The notes under the pieces are model-generated. The model did no database searches, was not told the origin of the DNA, and saw only the letters and a program-made list of their open reading frames with translations. A DNA stretch of 64,000 nucleotides from Nocardioidaceae bacterium. GTDB taxonomy: Bacteria > Actinomycetota > Actinomycetes > Propionibacteriales > Nocardioidaceae. The first letter of the stretch is position 1. Each line of letters begins with the position of its first letter. The DNA lies in assembly GCA_050700835.1 (NCBI GenBank), contig JBOHDX010000048.1, positions 1,952 to 65,951 on the forward strand. The letters run 5' to 3'. This document shows positions 1 through 9,056 of the stretch, one piece after another. The position numbers were made by a program, and so were the translations under genes.

Positions 1-1015
1 CCCGCGGGTCGGCCCGCACCTCATCGAGGGTCTCGATCCGCCCCTCGACGGCGCTGATCCGGGTGTGGGCGGCCTCCATCAGCGCCCCGGCCCGGGTCAC
101 CGACTCGGCGGCCGCGTCCCAGTCGCCGTGGCGGGCATCGGTCGACGCCGCGTCGAAGGCGCGGTCGGCCGCCTGCAACGACGTCTCGATGTCCTTCTCG
201 TTGTCCTCCAGGTCGACCCAGCACCCCTCGACGTACTCGCGGCGGAGCCGGCGGAACTGGTCTGGCACCCGGGTGGCCTGGGTGTCCAACGCATCTCGAC
301 GAGTACGCAACGAGGTGAGCCGGTGGGTCACCTCGGTGCGCTTGCGCGGCAGCGCCTCGGCGACCGCCTTGGCACGCTCGGCCAGGACCCGCACCTCGTC
401 GGCCTTGCGGAGCGCGTTGCCGATGCCGAGCTTGGCGGCGCCTTGGTCCAGCTCGGCCTCGGCTGCCTGGGCGGCGGCGAACGACTCGTCCGCGCGAGCC
501 GTGCTCATCCCTTGGGCGCGGACTGCGCCGATCGCCGCCCTGGCATCCGACACGGCCTGATGGGCGGCAGCGGCCTTCGGGCCGACCTGGCTCAACGCCT
601 GCTCGACCCGGTCGAGCTGTCCGGCGAACCGGTCCGCGAACGCGGTGAGCTCCGCGGACGAGGCGTCGAGCTCACGGGCGATCGCGGTCAGCGCATTGCC
701 CGCGTCGGAGTACTGCTGCGGAGTCAGCCCGTCGTCGACCGGGTTGGCGTCGAGGACGTCGATGTAACGCATCGACAGCGCGTCGGCGCGGGCGTTGACG
801 ACATCGAACTGCTGCTTGGTGCTGGTGGCCGCCGGCGAGCCGGCCTCGAGGTTCACGAACGCGTCCACCTTGAGCCGGGTGTCGCGCTGGGCCATGTCCA
901 TCCGGTAGAACGCGTCGGCCACGCTGTCGCGGGCCTGCCGTGCCTGCCCGGCGTACCACGCCACGAGCTCGCGGCCCTTCAGCCGTCGCGGCGGCGGGCC
1001 GCTGAACGCGTTCAC
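1..1015 (-). CDS. hypothetical alpha-helical/coiled-coil-like protein (C-terminus cut by window edge)
   Basis: From my own minus-strand translation, GTG at 1015 (VNAFSGPPPRRLKGRELVAWYAGQARQ...) stays open down to position 2. The sequence is Ala/Glu/Arg/Asp-rich and helical-looking. It is missing from the ORF track because it has no stop inside the window. The plus-strand ORF 65..1078 is Arg/Gly-rich antisense noise. The gene lies directly downstream of the HAD gene; a TelA-like role is only a guess. Confidence 0.45.
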   Translation of the reverse strand, partial: MNAFSGPPPRRLKGRELVAWYAGQARQARDSVADAFYRMDMAQRDTRLKVDAFVNLEAGSPAATSTKQQFDVVNARADALSMRYIDVLDANPVDDGLTPQQYSDAGNALTAIARELDASSAELTAFADRFAGQLDRVEQALSQVGPKAAAAHQAVSDARAAIGAVRAQGMSTARADESFAAAQAAEAELDQGAAKLGIGNALRKADEVRVLAERAKAVAEALPRKRTEVTHRLTSLRTRRDALDTQATRVPDQFRRLRREYVEGCWVDLEDNEKDIETSLQAADRAFDAASTDARHGDWDAAAESVTRAGALMEAAHTRISAVEGRIETLDEVRADPR

Positions 1016-1067
1016 GACAGGCACCGTACAAGCACCGGACACGCCGCGAGGCAGCGCCGCGTGACCG

Positions 1068-1991
1068 TCATGCCGTGAGCACGAGCGCGAGGATCCTGGC
1101 AATGATCTCCTCACCCGCAAGCACCCCGCGTGCCTGTGTCACGGTGAGCCCCGGGCACTGCCACCCGGTCTCGTTCAGCTCACCGTGGGCGGGGCGGAAG
1201 CTCACGTCCGCGGACTCGAGAAGCTCCGCGTCGAGACGTGAGTCGCCGGCCGCGACGAGCCGGTCGGCACCGACCCTGGACGCCACCTCTCGGACGGCGG
1301 CCGACTTCGTCAGCGCGGACGGCACGGCGTACACCTTGCGGCCCTGCACCGACACCGCCCAGCCGCGCCGCCCGCACCACTCCTCGAGCTCGGCGACGAA
1401 CCCGGCGGGCATCTCGTCCCGCTCGACGTCGAGATAGGCGAACAGGTCGTCTGCGACCCGCCGATGTCGTACCCACGTCTCACGCGCCACCTCCTTCAGG
1501 TGCGTCCGCACCTCCGCCAGGGGTACGGATAGGTCCGCCAGCTGCTTTGCCACCTGGCCCGACCAGTCCAGGTCGAGCCTGCCTTCGACGAGCAGGCGAC
1601 CCCCGTTGCTGGTGACCGCGAACGCCGGCGGGGTGGCACCGAGACGGACGCGCTCGTACTGCTCCTGGGTTCGGGTGGTCACCGGCACCAGCGATGCCTT
1701 GGTCGCCAGCACGGCAAGCAGCTGCCGGGCGTCGGCGGTCAGGTAGGCGCGGGGCAGGCCGCGGCGCACCTCCGCCACCACCAGCTCGGGCGCGTCCTCG
1801 TCGGGACCCGCGAGCATCAGGGCAGCTGCCGAGTAGACGAGGGTCCGATCCACGTCACACGCGATCAGGGTGGCACTGCCACCGAGCGCGCCGGAGGGCG
1901 CGTACGCGGCCACCCGTTCGACCAGTGCAGCGGACAGCCGTGCCTCGACCGCCGCGGCGCGGGTCGGGTCGGCCGTAGACGATGCACTCAT
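1068..1991 (-). CDS. HAD-superfamily hydrolase/phosphatase (Ter-cluster associated)
   Basis: 307-aa ORF. HAD motif I 'ACDVDRTLV' lies near the N-terminus and a motif-IV-like 'AAGDSRLDAELL' near the C-terminus. The start (1991) overlaps the stop of the upstream PRTase gene (1988) by 4 nt. Confidence 0.75.
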   Translation of the reverse strand: MSASSTADPTRAAAVEARLSAALVERVAAYAPSGALGGSATLIACDVDRTLVYSAAALMLAGPDEDAPELVVAEVRRGLPRAYLTADARQLLAVLATKASLVPVTTRTQEQYERVRLGATPPAFAVTSNGGRLLVEGRLDLDWSGQVAKQLADLSVPLAEVRTHLKEVARETWVRHRRVADDLFAYLDVERDEMPAGFVAELEEWCGRRGWAVSVQGRKVYAVPSALTKSAAVREVASRVGADRLVAAGDSRLDAELLESADVSFRPAHGELNETGWQCPGLTVTQARGVLAGEEIIARILALVLTA

Positions 1992-4573
1992 CGGGTGACT
2001 CCGCGACCGTCGGGTCCGGTCACCCCGCGGGTGAACCGAGGATGGATCAGGCCCACACAGCGGTACGCCAGGTCTGTGACGTCCTCGACGGGGACGCCCC
2101 GCTCGTCGGCCAGCGCACGCACGTGAGCAAGCTCGTTCCCGGTGTCGGCCCTTGCCAGGATCCGCCAGGGCACGCGGCGCAGCAACACCCGAGTGGTCTC
2201 GCCGATGCCAGGCTTGACGAGATTGACGTCGTGGATCCCGTAGTCCTCACTGATCCGCCGCACCGCGGCGAGACCCGCCTCGGTCGGTGCGCGGTCCGAG
2301 TACCGCACCGCCGGCAGGTCCGCGTCCACCTGGTCCGCGACCTCAGCGAACCGGCTGCTCACGGTGTCCACGAACAACGCCGACAGGTCGGCGGGCGCGA
2401 GGTCGGCGTAGAACTTCGCGCCGTGGAAGTCGCCCGGGAGGAGCAGGTCACGATTCAGCACGGTGCGGGAGACCAGTCCGCTCACTGTGGAGTTGAGGCA
2501 TGCCGACGGGATCAGGTAGTCGTCGCGGCTGGCGAACACGGTGGCGGACCCGGCTGGGTCGGCGACGACGGCGACGGTCGGGTCGAACCGGTCACCGCTG
2601 CGCTCCGCGTGCCGGTTCAGCGCGGCCCGCAGCTCGGCGACGATCGCGCCCTTGCCGGTCCAGCCGTCCACGAACATCACGGCCGCCGGGTTGTGATGCG
2701 CGGCCAGCCAGCGCAGGGCGACCGTGTCGATCCCTCGACCTCGCACGATGCTGATCGCGTAGTGCGGGAGGTCGATCCCGCGGCGTTGCGCGGCCCACCG
2801 CCGCATCAGCACACCGATCGGAGTACCAGCCCGGGCGAGTGAGACGAGCACGGTGCCCGGGCCGCGCTCGGCGATGACCAGCTCCGTGACCAGGCCGACC
2901 TCGTGCGCGAGCCGCTTCGCCGAGGCGTCGAGGGCGGACCGGAACAATCGGTGGTACTCAGGGCCGGGGACGTACTCGATGGGAAGGGACTCGGCGTAGT
3001 GCGCACCGCCCGACTGGATCGCCTCCTCACGCTCCTCGGTCGGAGCCTCGAGCGACGCGCCGGACAGGTCGGTGAGCAACCACCCGACCTCATCCGCGGC
3101 GTAGCTGCCGAACCGTGGCCCGCGCAACGGCTCGGGCACCGGCCTGCTGTCGGAAGCGCCGCCGCCACGGCCGTCGGGGAGGTCGTCGGAAAGGTCGTCG
3201 GGAACGCCGTCGGGAACGCCGTCGGGAAGCACCATGACGAGTACGTCCGCCAGGTCGCCGAGCTGGTCGAGCAACCCGTCGGGGGCGCGCAGCGCGGCGG
3301 TGTCGCCCGCGTCGTCGACGACGAGCACGACGACGTCCGGGGGCACCCCGTCGAACGCGGTCGCCACGTTGTAGGCGAAGCGCTCACCCGGCCCGTCGAC
3401 GGGTTGGTCATGGGCGGTGAAAACGATCCTGTCCCGGAGGGGATAGCCCGGATCATCGAAGGCCACCGCCGGTGACCGGGTCGTCGACGAGACCCGGACG
3501 TCCACGGCGCCGACCGCATGGTCGGCCAGCGCCGCCGCGAGCCGGATCGGTACGTACATCAGCTCCTCGGTGCCGAGCACCAACACCCGCGTCGGCCGGC
3601 TGGCACCGTCGTCGAGTGGTTCCAGGGCGGACACGAGGTTCGCCGCCAGCCGCGGCAGGGCGGCGTCGAGGCGGCGACGATCGCCTGGCGTCCAGCCGTG
3701 CCGAGCCGTCACCGGAAGCCCCCGCGGCCACCCCACCCCCACCTCTCGGGACGACGCAACCGCGTCGGCCTGACGTTTGCGTGGCGACCCGCCCGCGTGT
3801 CGCCCGGAAGCGTCAGGCTCAGCGGCTGCGGTCGCGTCAGCGGCGAAGGTGGGGAGGCCGGTGGGCAGGTGCAGCTCGCCGCGAGCCAGAGCGACCACGT
3901 CGATGCGGACGCCCATCGCAGCCGCCTCGGCGTCCAGCCGCGCCCGGTCGCCGGCGCTGCGCACGTCGACCAGAGTGGCCGCGACGTAGAGCGTCCGGGC
4001 CGACAGCCGGCGCAGCGCACGCACTGTGTTGAGCACGGTCGTCCCGGTCGACAGCTCGTCGTCGACCAGCACGAGCGGTCCCGGCCGGGTCAGCCACGCG
4101 GGGTCGCGGGGCAGCAGAAGGTGCGCAGTGGCGTGCGAGTGCTCCTCTTCGAAACCGCCGACGGGTACGACGGCCTCGGCCCTGCGCCGAGTCGAGTGCA
4201 GGTAGTCGGCGTCGCCGAGCGCATCCGCGACACAGTGCCCCAACCCGGTCGCAGTCTCCGCGTAGCCGAGGACCACCGGGGCTTGGCTCGTCTCGCCTAG
4301 GAGCGCACGGACCTGGTCACCGAGCAGCAGACCCACGGAGCGGACGAGTCGCGGGTCGGCCGGGACGTGCTTGCCCAGCACCCCGGAGACCAGCAGGTGA
4401 GCACGCCGCGGGTTGCGGCGAAGGGCGAGCCCGACCAGATCCTCCACGGCGTAGCCGTACGAAGCCTCCGTCGTGCGCAGGTGTACGCCGATTCGCTCGG
4501 TGACCCAGGAGCCAGTCCACGGGCGGCGGCCCACGGACTGCGGCATGGGTGACCCGGTGGCGTGCGTCGTCAC
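1988..4573 (-). CDS. fused phosphoribosyltransferase-family protein (two PRTase-type halves, Ter-linked biosynthetic module)
   Basis: 861-aa ORF. The N-terminal half has the PRPP-binding loop 'LVLVDDELSTGTTVLNTV'. The C-terminal half ('VMFVDGWTGKGAI', 'VKPGIGETTRVLLRR') resembles the StiP/PRTase_1 plus PELOTA-like proteins I recall from Ter clusters. The halves are joined by an Asp/Pro repeat linker. The ORF overlaps both neighbours by 4 nt. Confidence 0.75.
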   Translation of the reverse strand: MTTHATGSPMPQSVGRRPWTGSWVTERIGVHLRTTEASYGYAVEDLVGLALRRNPRRAHLLVSGVLGKHVPADPRLVRSVGLLLGDQVRALLGETSQAPVVLGYAETATGLGHCVADALGDADYLHSTRRRAEAVVPVGGFEEEHSHATAHLLLPRDPAWLTRPGPLVLVDDELSTGTTVLNTVRALRRLSARTLYVAATLVDVRSAGDRARLDAEAAAMGVRIDVVALARGELHLPTGLPTFAADATAAAEPDASGRHAGGSPRKRQADAVASSREVGVGWPRGLPVTARHGWTPGDRRRLDAALPRLAANLVSALEPLDDGASRPTRVLVLGTEELMYVPIRLAAALADHAVGAVDVRVSSTTRSPAVAFDDPGYPLRDRIVFTAHDQPVDGPGERFAYNVATAFDGVPPDVVVLVVDDAGDTAALRAPDGLLDQLGDLADVLVMVLPDGVPDGVPDDLSDDLPDGRGGGASDSRPVPEPLRGPRFGSYAADEVGWLLTDLSGASLEAPTEEREEAIQSGGAHYAESLPIEYVPGPEYHRLFRSALDASAKRLAHEVGLVTELVIAERGPGTVLVSLARAGTPIGVLMRRWAAQRRGIDLPHYAISIVRGRGIDTVALRWLAAHHNPAAVMFVDGWTGKGAIVAELRAALNRHAERSGDRFDPTVAVVADPAGSATVFASRDDYLIPSACLNSTVSGLVSRTVLNRDLLLPGDFHGAKFYADLAPADLSALFVDTVSSRFAEVADQVDADLPAVRYSDRAPTEAGLAAVRRISEDYGIHDVNLVKPGIGETTRVLLRRVPWRILARADTGNELAHVRALADERGVPVEDVTDLAYRCVGLIHPRFTRGVTGPDGRGVTR
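3170..3229 (-). repeat. 5 x 12-bp in-frame tandem repeat coding the PRTase inter-domain linker
   Basis: The plus strand reads gccgtcggggag gtcgtcggaaag gtcgtcgggaac gccgtcgggaac gccgtcgggaag. On the minus strand it encodes LPDGVPDGVPDDLSDDLPDG. Confidence 0.85.
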
Positions 4574-5745
4574 GCGTCTGCGCCCGCAGCGAGCAGGTCG
4601 ACGAAGCTGACGTCGGCGGCGGCGACGCCGAACAGCCCGGCCCGCGCGATCGTCCGCTCGGCCCAGGCGCGGTGCGGCCGCGACTCGTTCATCTTGTTGT
4701 GGTAGCTGGACGCCCGGGCTCCCCCCGCCACCGCGTCGGCACCGACGATGTCGCAGGCGTCGTCGTACTCCTCACGCGTCACCACGGACAACGCGTGGAC
4801 GGCGATGACGTGCGACGGGTGAATGACGGTCTTGCCGATGAGTCCGTTGGCCTTGTCGAGCACGACCTCGCGGATCAAGCCGTCGAGGTCCCTGGTGATC
4901 AGCTGGTGCCGCAGCGACCGCGCGTCCACCTCCTCGAACGGCGACTGGCGCAGCTGAGGCTTGAACAGCCGTTCGTGGCCTTGGAAGTACTCCCACACGG
5001 GTCCGGTGACGACAAAGCCGCCGTCACCGGCCCGGCCCAGGACGTTGACCACGTCGGCGATCACGCCGGCGACGAGTCCCACCTCGTAGATCGTCAGGTC
5101 GCGGCTACGCCTGATGCCGTACGCCGCGCACAGGTCGGTCGCCCCGATGCGTACCGCCAGGACGCGGTCACGGTGCTTGGCCAGCAGCCGTTCGATCCCG
5201 ATCAGCGTCTCGATCCGTGACTCGCAGTGGATCACCGCCGGCGACTCAATCACCGGCATCGCGAACAACCTCTGGCCGCTGACGTGCTCGGCGTCCCCCA
5301 GCGCGGACAGGAAGATCTCGCCGTTGGCGTCGGTGAACTTGGGCAGGACGAACCCTGACAGCGCCCGCGTCGCGTCACCGAGCGCGTCGACCAGGTCGGT
5401 GATCTGACCGGGCTCGCGGACCCGCACGAACACCAACGGGCCGTCCTCGTCCCTGCCACCCGTACGATCGGCGAACTCGCGCAGCTGCCCCAGCGCGTTG
5501 GAGAAGGCCGCGGGCACGTCTGCGTCGGCGATCGAGTCCTCGAGGCACACGACGCAGCTGATCACGCCGCCGTCACCACGACGCACGAGGTCGTCGGCGA
5601 GACGTGCGCGCGTGGCCGGGAGATACAAGGTCGCACCAAGCGCGATCGAGAGGGTCTCGAGCTCGGCCGACCGACCGAACTCCCGCGGCTGGATCGAGAA
5701 GAGCCGCTCGCGAACGTCGGCGCCCAGGTGTGCGAAGTGGTGCAT
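4570..5745 (-). CDS. HpcH/HpaI aldolase / citrate-lyase-beta-like C-C lyase family protein
   Basis: The track ORF is 4570..5784. The preferred start is ATG 5745, preceded by GGAGGGG 7 nt upstream. 'VVCLEDSIADAD' and 'RIGATDLCAAYGIRR' fit the TIM-barrel HpcH/CitE-like lyases. The stop overlaps the PRTase start. Confidence 0.75.
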   Translation of the reverse strand: MHHFAHLGADVRERLFSIQPREFGRSAELETLSIALGATLYLPATRARLADDLVRRGDGGVISCVVCLEDSIADADVPAAFSNALGQLREFADRTGGRDEDGPLVFVRVREPGQITDLVDALGDATRALSGFVLPKFTDANGEIFLSALGDAEHVSGQRLFAMPVIESPAVIHCESRIETLIGIERLLAKHRDRVLAVRIGATDLCAAYGIRRSRDLTIYEVGLVAGVIADVVNVLGRAGDGGFVVTGPVWEYFQGHERLFKPQLRQSPFEEVDARSLRHQLITRDLDGLIREVVLDKANGLIGKTVIHPSHVIAVHALSVVTREEYDDACDIVGADAVAGGARASSYHNKMNESRPHRAWAERTIARAGLFGVAAADVSFVDLLAAGADA

Positions 5746-5846
5746 CGGGCGGCCCCTCCGGTCCCACGGTCGCGGGGCGAGCACTCATGATAGGCAGCTC
5801 CGGCCACCGGACCACGTGCCGATCGGCTCCCCAGGCGACTGGCAGG

Positions 5847-7016
5847 ATGAAAGGCATGACGGTCCTCGCCAAGGGCGCGAACACACCCGTCGTCGTCGCC
5901 ACCCTGCGGGCTGTGCTCGGCTGGGACACGCAGCCGGGCGCGCCCGATGTGGACGCGTCCGCACTGCTGCTCGGCGCGGCGGGAACGGTGCGCACCGACG
6001 GGGACTTCGTGTTCTACAACGCCCCCGCGCATGCGTCCGGCGCCGTCGCGCACCAGGGCAAGCAGACCGCGGGTGGCCGTGCCACCGACACCTTGACCAT
6101 CGACCTGACGCGGCTCGAGCCGGACATCGAACGCGTGGTGCTGGCAGCGTCGGCCGACGGTGGGACGTTCGGCCAGGTGGCTAGCCTCTTCGTCAGCCTG
6201 GTCGATGCCGAAACCGGCGCCGAGGTCGCCCGCTTCGAGGACATGCGGGCCGGCGCCGAGACGGCGTTCGTCGTCGGTGAGCTGTATCGGCGCGGTGGCG
6301 CCTGGAGGTTCCGGGCCGTTGGTCAGGGCTGGGCGAACGGCCTTGCCGGCCTCGCCACCGACTTCGGGATCTCCGTCAAGGCGCCAGCAACGACAAGCGC
6401 CGTGCCGATTCCTCCTCCCCCTCGCCCGGCTGGGGTCGTCAACCTCGACAAGGGCAAGGTCAGTCTGCGCAAGGGCGATCGCGTGAGCCTGGTCAAGTCG
6501 GGCGCCGCGCCGCTGAGCCACGTCGTCATGGGCCTCGGCTGGGACCCGGCCCGGCGCGGCAAGGACATCGACCTCGACGCCTCGGTCATCGCGTTCGACG
6601 CGTCCCGGCACCTTCTCGAGATCGTGTGGTTCCTGCACCTGGTCGCGTTCGACGGCGCTATCCGGCACGCCGGTGACAACCTGACCGGCGAGGGCGAGGG
6701 GGACGACGAGCAGATCCGGGTCGACCTGTCGGCGTTGCCGGCGCAGGTGCAGTCGCTGGTCTTCACGATCACGTCGTTCCGCGGGCAGAAGTTCACCGAG
6801 ATCAGCCGGGCGTTCTGCCGGTTGGTCGACGAGGGCAGCGGCCAGGAGCTGGTGCGGTTCGACCTGACCGAGTCCGAGCCCTACACCGGCGTCGTCATGG
6901 CGGTGCTGACGCGTACCTCGGCCGGCGAGTGGGAGATGCGGGCCGATGGCGGCTACCACGACGCCACCACCGCCAAGGGCATGGTCGAGCCCGCTCAGGT
7001 CGCGCTCGCGTTCTAA
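5847..7016 (+). CDS. tandem TerD-domain stress protein (two TerD domains)
   Basis: This is the in-frame part of ORF 5604..7016, starting at MKGMTVLAKGAN. The two TerD-like halves each carry the '[13 protein letters not shown]' or 'DGDFVFYN' Ca-binding-type motifs and 'GELYRRGGAWRFRAVGQGW'. The start could be 5847 or 5856. Confidence 0.85.
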   Translation: MKGMTVLAKGANTPVVVATLRAVLGWDTQPGAPDVDASALLLGAAGTVRTDGDFVFYNAPAHASGAVAHQGKQTAGGRATDTLTIDLTRLEPDIERVVLAASADGGTFGQVASLFVSLVDAETGAEVARFEDMRAGAETAFVVGELYRRGGAWRFRAVGQGWANGLAGLATDFGISVKAPATTSAVPIPPPPRPAGVVNLDKGKVSLRKGDRVSLVKSGAAPLSHVVMGLGWDPARRGKDIDLDASVIAFDASRHLLEIVWFLHLVAFDGAIRHAGDNLTGEGEGDDEQIRVDLSALPAQVQSLVFTITSFRGQKFTEISRAFCRLVDEGSGQELVRFDLTESEPYTGVVMAVLTRTSAGEWEMRADGGYHDATTAKGMVEPAQVALAF

Positions 7017-7054
7017 CCGCCCGGGACCTGGGCCGCTCGGGACCTGATCGAAGC

Positions 7055-7115
7055 GGTGAGATCACACTTTGGAGCCGCTGTGCGGCCCGTCACTCGCCTC
7101 AATCTGTGATCTCGC
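7055..7115. repeat. 61-bp inverted-repeat element, copy A (GGTGAGATCAC-N38-CTGTGATCTCGC)
   Basis: The ends GAGATCAC and GTGATCTC are reverse complements. It has the same 61-bp length and the same ends as copy B at 25059-25119. It lies between the convergent genes ending at 7016 and 7168. Confidence 0.7.
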
Positions 7116-7167
7116 CGCCGGGCTGGTTGGCGACGCACGTAGCCTCTTTGATCGTTGCGCGACGCGC

Positions 7168-7902
7168 CTACTTGCGGCCGGCCCGCCATTGCATGCCCCA
7201 GCCGTACGCCTCGTCGAGTGCGCGCTGGGTGCCCTGGACATAGCGCACCTCGCGCCGGACCGACACCTCGGAGCCGGTGTTCTCGAGCATCGCGATCGCG
7301 CACATCCGAGACCGCGGGTCGTGTTCGTCCAGGCGTACCTCGATCTGCGGTCCCGACGCCGGGAACAGCGTGACCACCCCGTTGGCCTCGGACCAGTTGG
7401 GTACGCCCTCGTAGATGAATGCGAACACCAGGATCCGCCGGATGTTGGCGGTCTGACTCAGGTCGATGAAGAGGTTCTCGCCGCCGGTGTTGGTGCCGCT
7501 GCGGTCGTCGCCGTCGAGCCGGGCGATCGGGTTCGGTCCCATCGAGTGCCGGTCACGGAACGCGTTGCCGAGCGCCTGAACGACGCCCTTCGAACCATCC
7601 GTGTAGTCGTACAGGCAGCCGAGGTCGAGGTCGATGGCTCCGGTGCCACCGGCGAGCCGCTTGAGGAAGCCGCCTCCGGCCGGCGCCGGAGGGCGGGCGT
7701 TCCAGTTGAGGTTGATCCGCATCATGCCGCTGGCAGAGCCCTGCTTGGTCAACGACACCGCCGGAGCGGCTTTGGTCAACGTCACCTTGCCCGTGCTCGC
7801 CGCAGCCGGCGGTGCCCCGGGCGGCGGAGGCGGCGGTGCCCCAGGCGGCGGAGGCGGCGGCGGGCCGGACGTGGACGGCCGCTTCGTGTAGTCGATGCCC
7901 AT
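7168..7902 (-). CDS. TerA/TerD-family stress protein with N-terminal proline-rich region
   Basis: The track ORF is 7168..7965. Starting at MGIDYTKRP (7902) removes the overlap with the upstream gene. A poly-Pro tract is followed by the TerD-like core 'IDLDLGCLY...LDGDDRSGTNTGGENLFIDL'. Confidence 0.7.
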   Translation of the reverse strand: MGIDYTKRPSTSGPPPPPPPGAPPPPPPGAPPAAASTGKVTLTKAAPAVSLTKQGSASGMMRINLNWNARPPAPAGGGFLKRLAGGTGAIDLDLGCLYDYTDGSKGVVQALGNAFRDRHSMGPNPIARLDGDDRSGTNTGGENLFIDLSQTANIRRILVFAFIYEGVPNWSEANGVVTLFPASGPQIEVRLDEHDPRSRMCAIAMLENTGSEVSVRREVRYVQGTQRALDEAYGWGMQWRAGRK

Positions 7903-7936
7903 CAGGACTGCCCCTCGTGTGGGTGGGTGTGTTGTG

Positions 7937-9052
7937 TCACGGTACGGCGGCGCCGAGCTCCTCACGAGCGCCCGATGAGTCGTCGTGGTCCCGGCGCCGG
8001 TTGCGGAGCACGGACGACACGAACGCGGCGGCGATGAACCCGACGCCGATCAGGCCGGTGACGACTTCGGGGACCTCGTGCTTGATGGTCACCAGCAGGA
8101 TCACGGCGAGGGCGCCGATCGCCCAGTGGGCTCCGTGCTCGAGATAGACGTACTCGCTCAAAGTGCCCTTGCGGACGAGGTAGACGGTCAGCGACCGGAT
8201 GTACATCGCACCGACCCCGAGCCCGACGGCGATGATGAAGATGTCCTGGGTGATCGCGAACGCGCCGATCACACCGTCGAAGGAGAAGGACGCGTCGAGC
8301 ACCTCGAGGTACAGGAACAGGAACACGGCCGCCTTGCCGGTGGCGCGTACCAGCCGGGTAGGGCCACCGGTCGGGACGCCGGTGCCCTCGTGAGTCTCGT
8401 CGTCCTCGTCGTCCCCGCCCGCCTCGAACAACTCCCCCAGCCCGTTGACCAGCAGATAGGTGATGATGCCGAGCACGCCTGCCACCATCACGGTGTCGAC
8501 ATGCTTGGCGAACGCCTCGGCTGCCGCGGTCAGGGCGCCAAGCGCGACGACGACCGACAGCTGGTCGAGCTTGCCGATCCGGGCCAACGGGCCCTCCAGC
8601 CACGTCAGCCAGCGGATCTCCCGATCCTCAAGGATGAAGTCGAGGAACAGGATCAGCAAGAACATGCCGCCGAACGCAGCGATGCTGGGATGCGCCGCGT
8701 GCAGCAGGTTCGCATAGGTGCCAGGGGTGTCGACCGAGCCGCCGTCGAGGGCCAGGTGCACCGCGGTGACCGGGCTCAGTCGGGCCGTGATGCCGACGAT
8801 GATGAGCGGAAACACCAACCGCATGCCGAACACCGCGATCACGATGCCCACGGTCAGGAACATCTTCTGCCAGAACGCACTCATGCGTTGCAGCACCGTG
8901 GCGTTGACGACCGCGTTGTCGAACGACAACGAGATCTCCAGGATCGACAGGATCGCGACCAGGGCGAACGCGCTGGGGCCACCCAGGATGAAGGCGCCGG
9001 CCAGCGCCACGACCGTGATGCCGAAGGACCATCCGAAGGTCTTGAGGATCAC
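7937..9052 (-). CDS. DUF475 / TerC-like integral membrane protein
   Basis: 371-aa multi-pass membrane ORF. It has two 'LSFDNAV' / 'SFSFDGVIGAFA' type repeats typical of the TerC/DUF475 superfamily. It sits between TerD-family genes. Confidence 0.8.
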   Translation of the reverse strand: MILKTFGWSFGITVVALAGAFILGGPSAFALVAILSILEISLSFDNAVVNATVLQRMSAFWQKMFLTVGIVIAVFGMRLVFPLIIVGITARLSPVTAVHLALDGGSVDTPGTYANLLHAAHPSIAAFGGMFLLILFLDFILEDREIRWLTWLEGPLARIGKLDQLSVVVALGALTAAAEAFAKHVDTVMVAGVLGIITYLLVNGLGELFEAGGDDEDDETHEGTGVPTGGPTRLVRATGKAAVFLFLYLEVLDASFSFDGVIGAFAITQDIFIIAVGLGVGAMYIRSLTVYLVRKGTLSEYVYLEHGAHWAIGALAVILLVTIKHEVPEVVTGLIGVGFIAAAFVSSVLRNRRRDHDDSSGAREELGAAVP

Positions 9053-9056
9053 CAGG

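Noticed and set aside
65-1078. 337-aa plus-strand ORF at the left edge.
   Set aside because: It has Arg/Gly/Leu/Val-rich antisense-type composition. The opposite strand encodes a coherent helical protein that is open across the whole region, so this is a typical high-GC shadow ORF.
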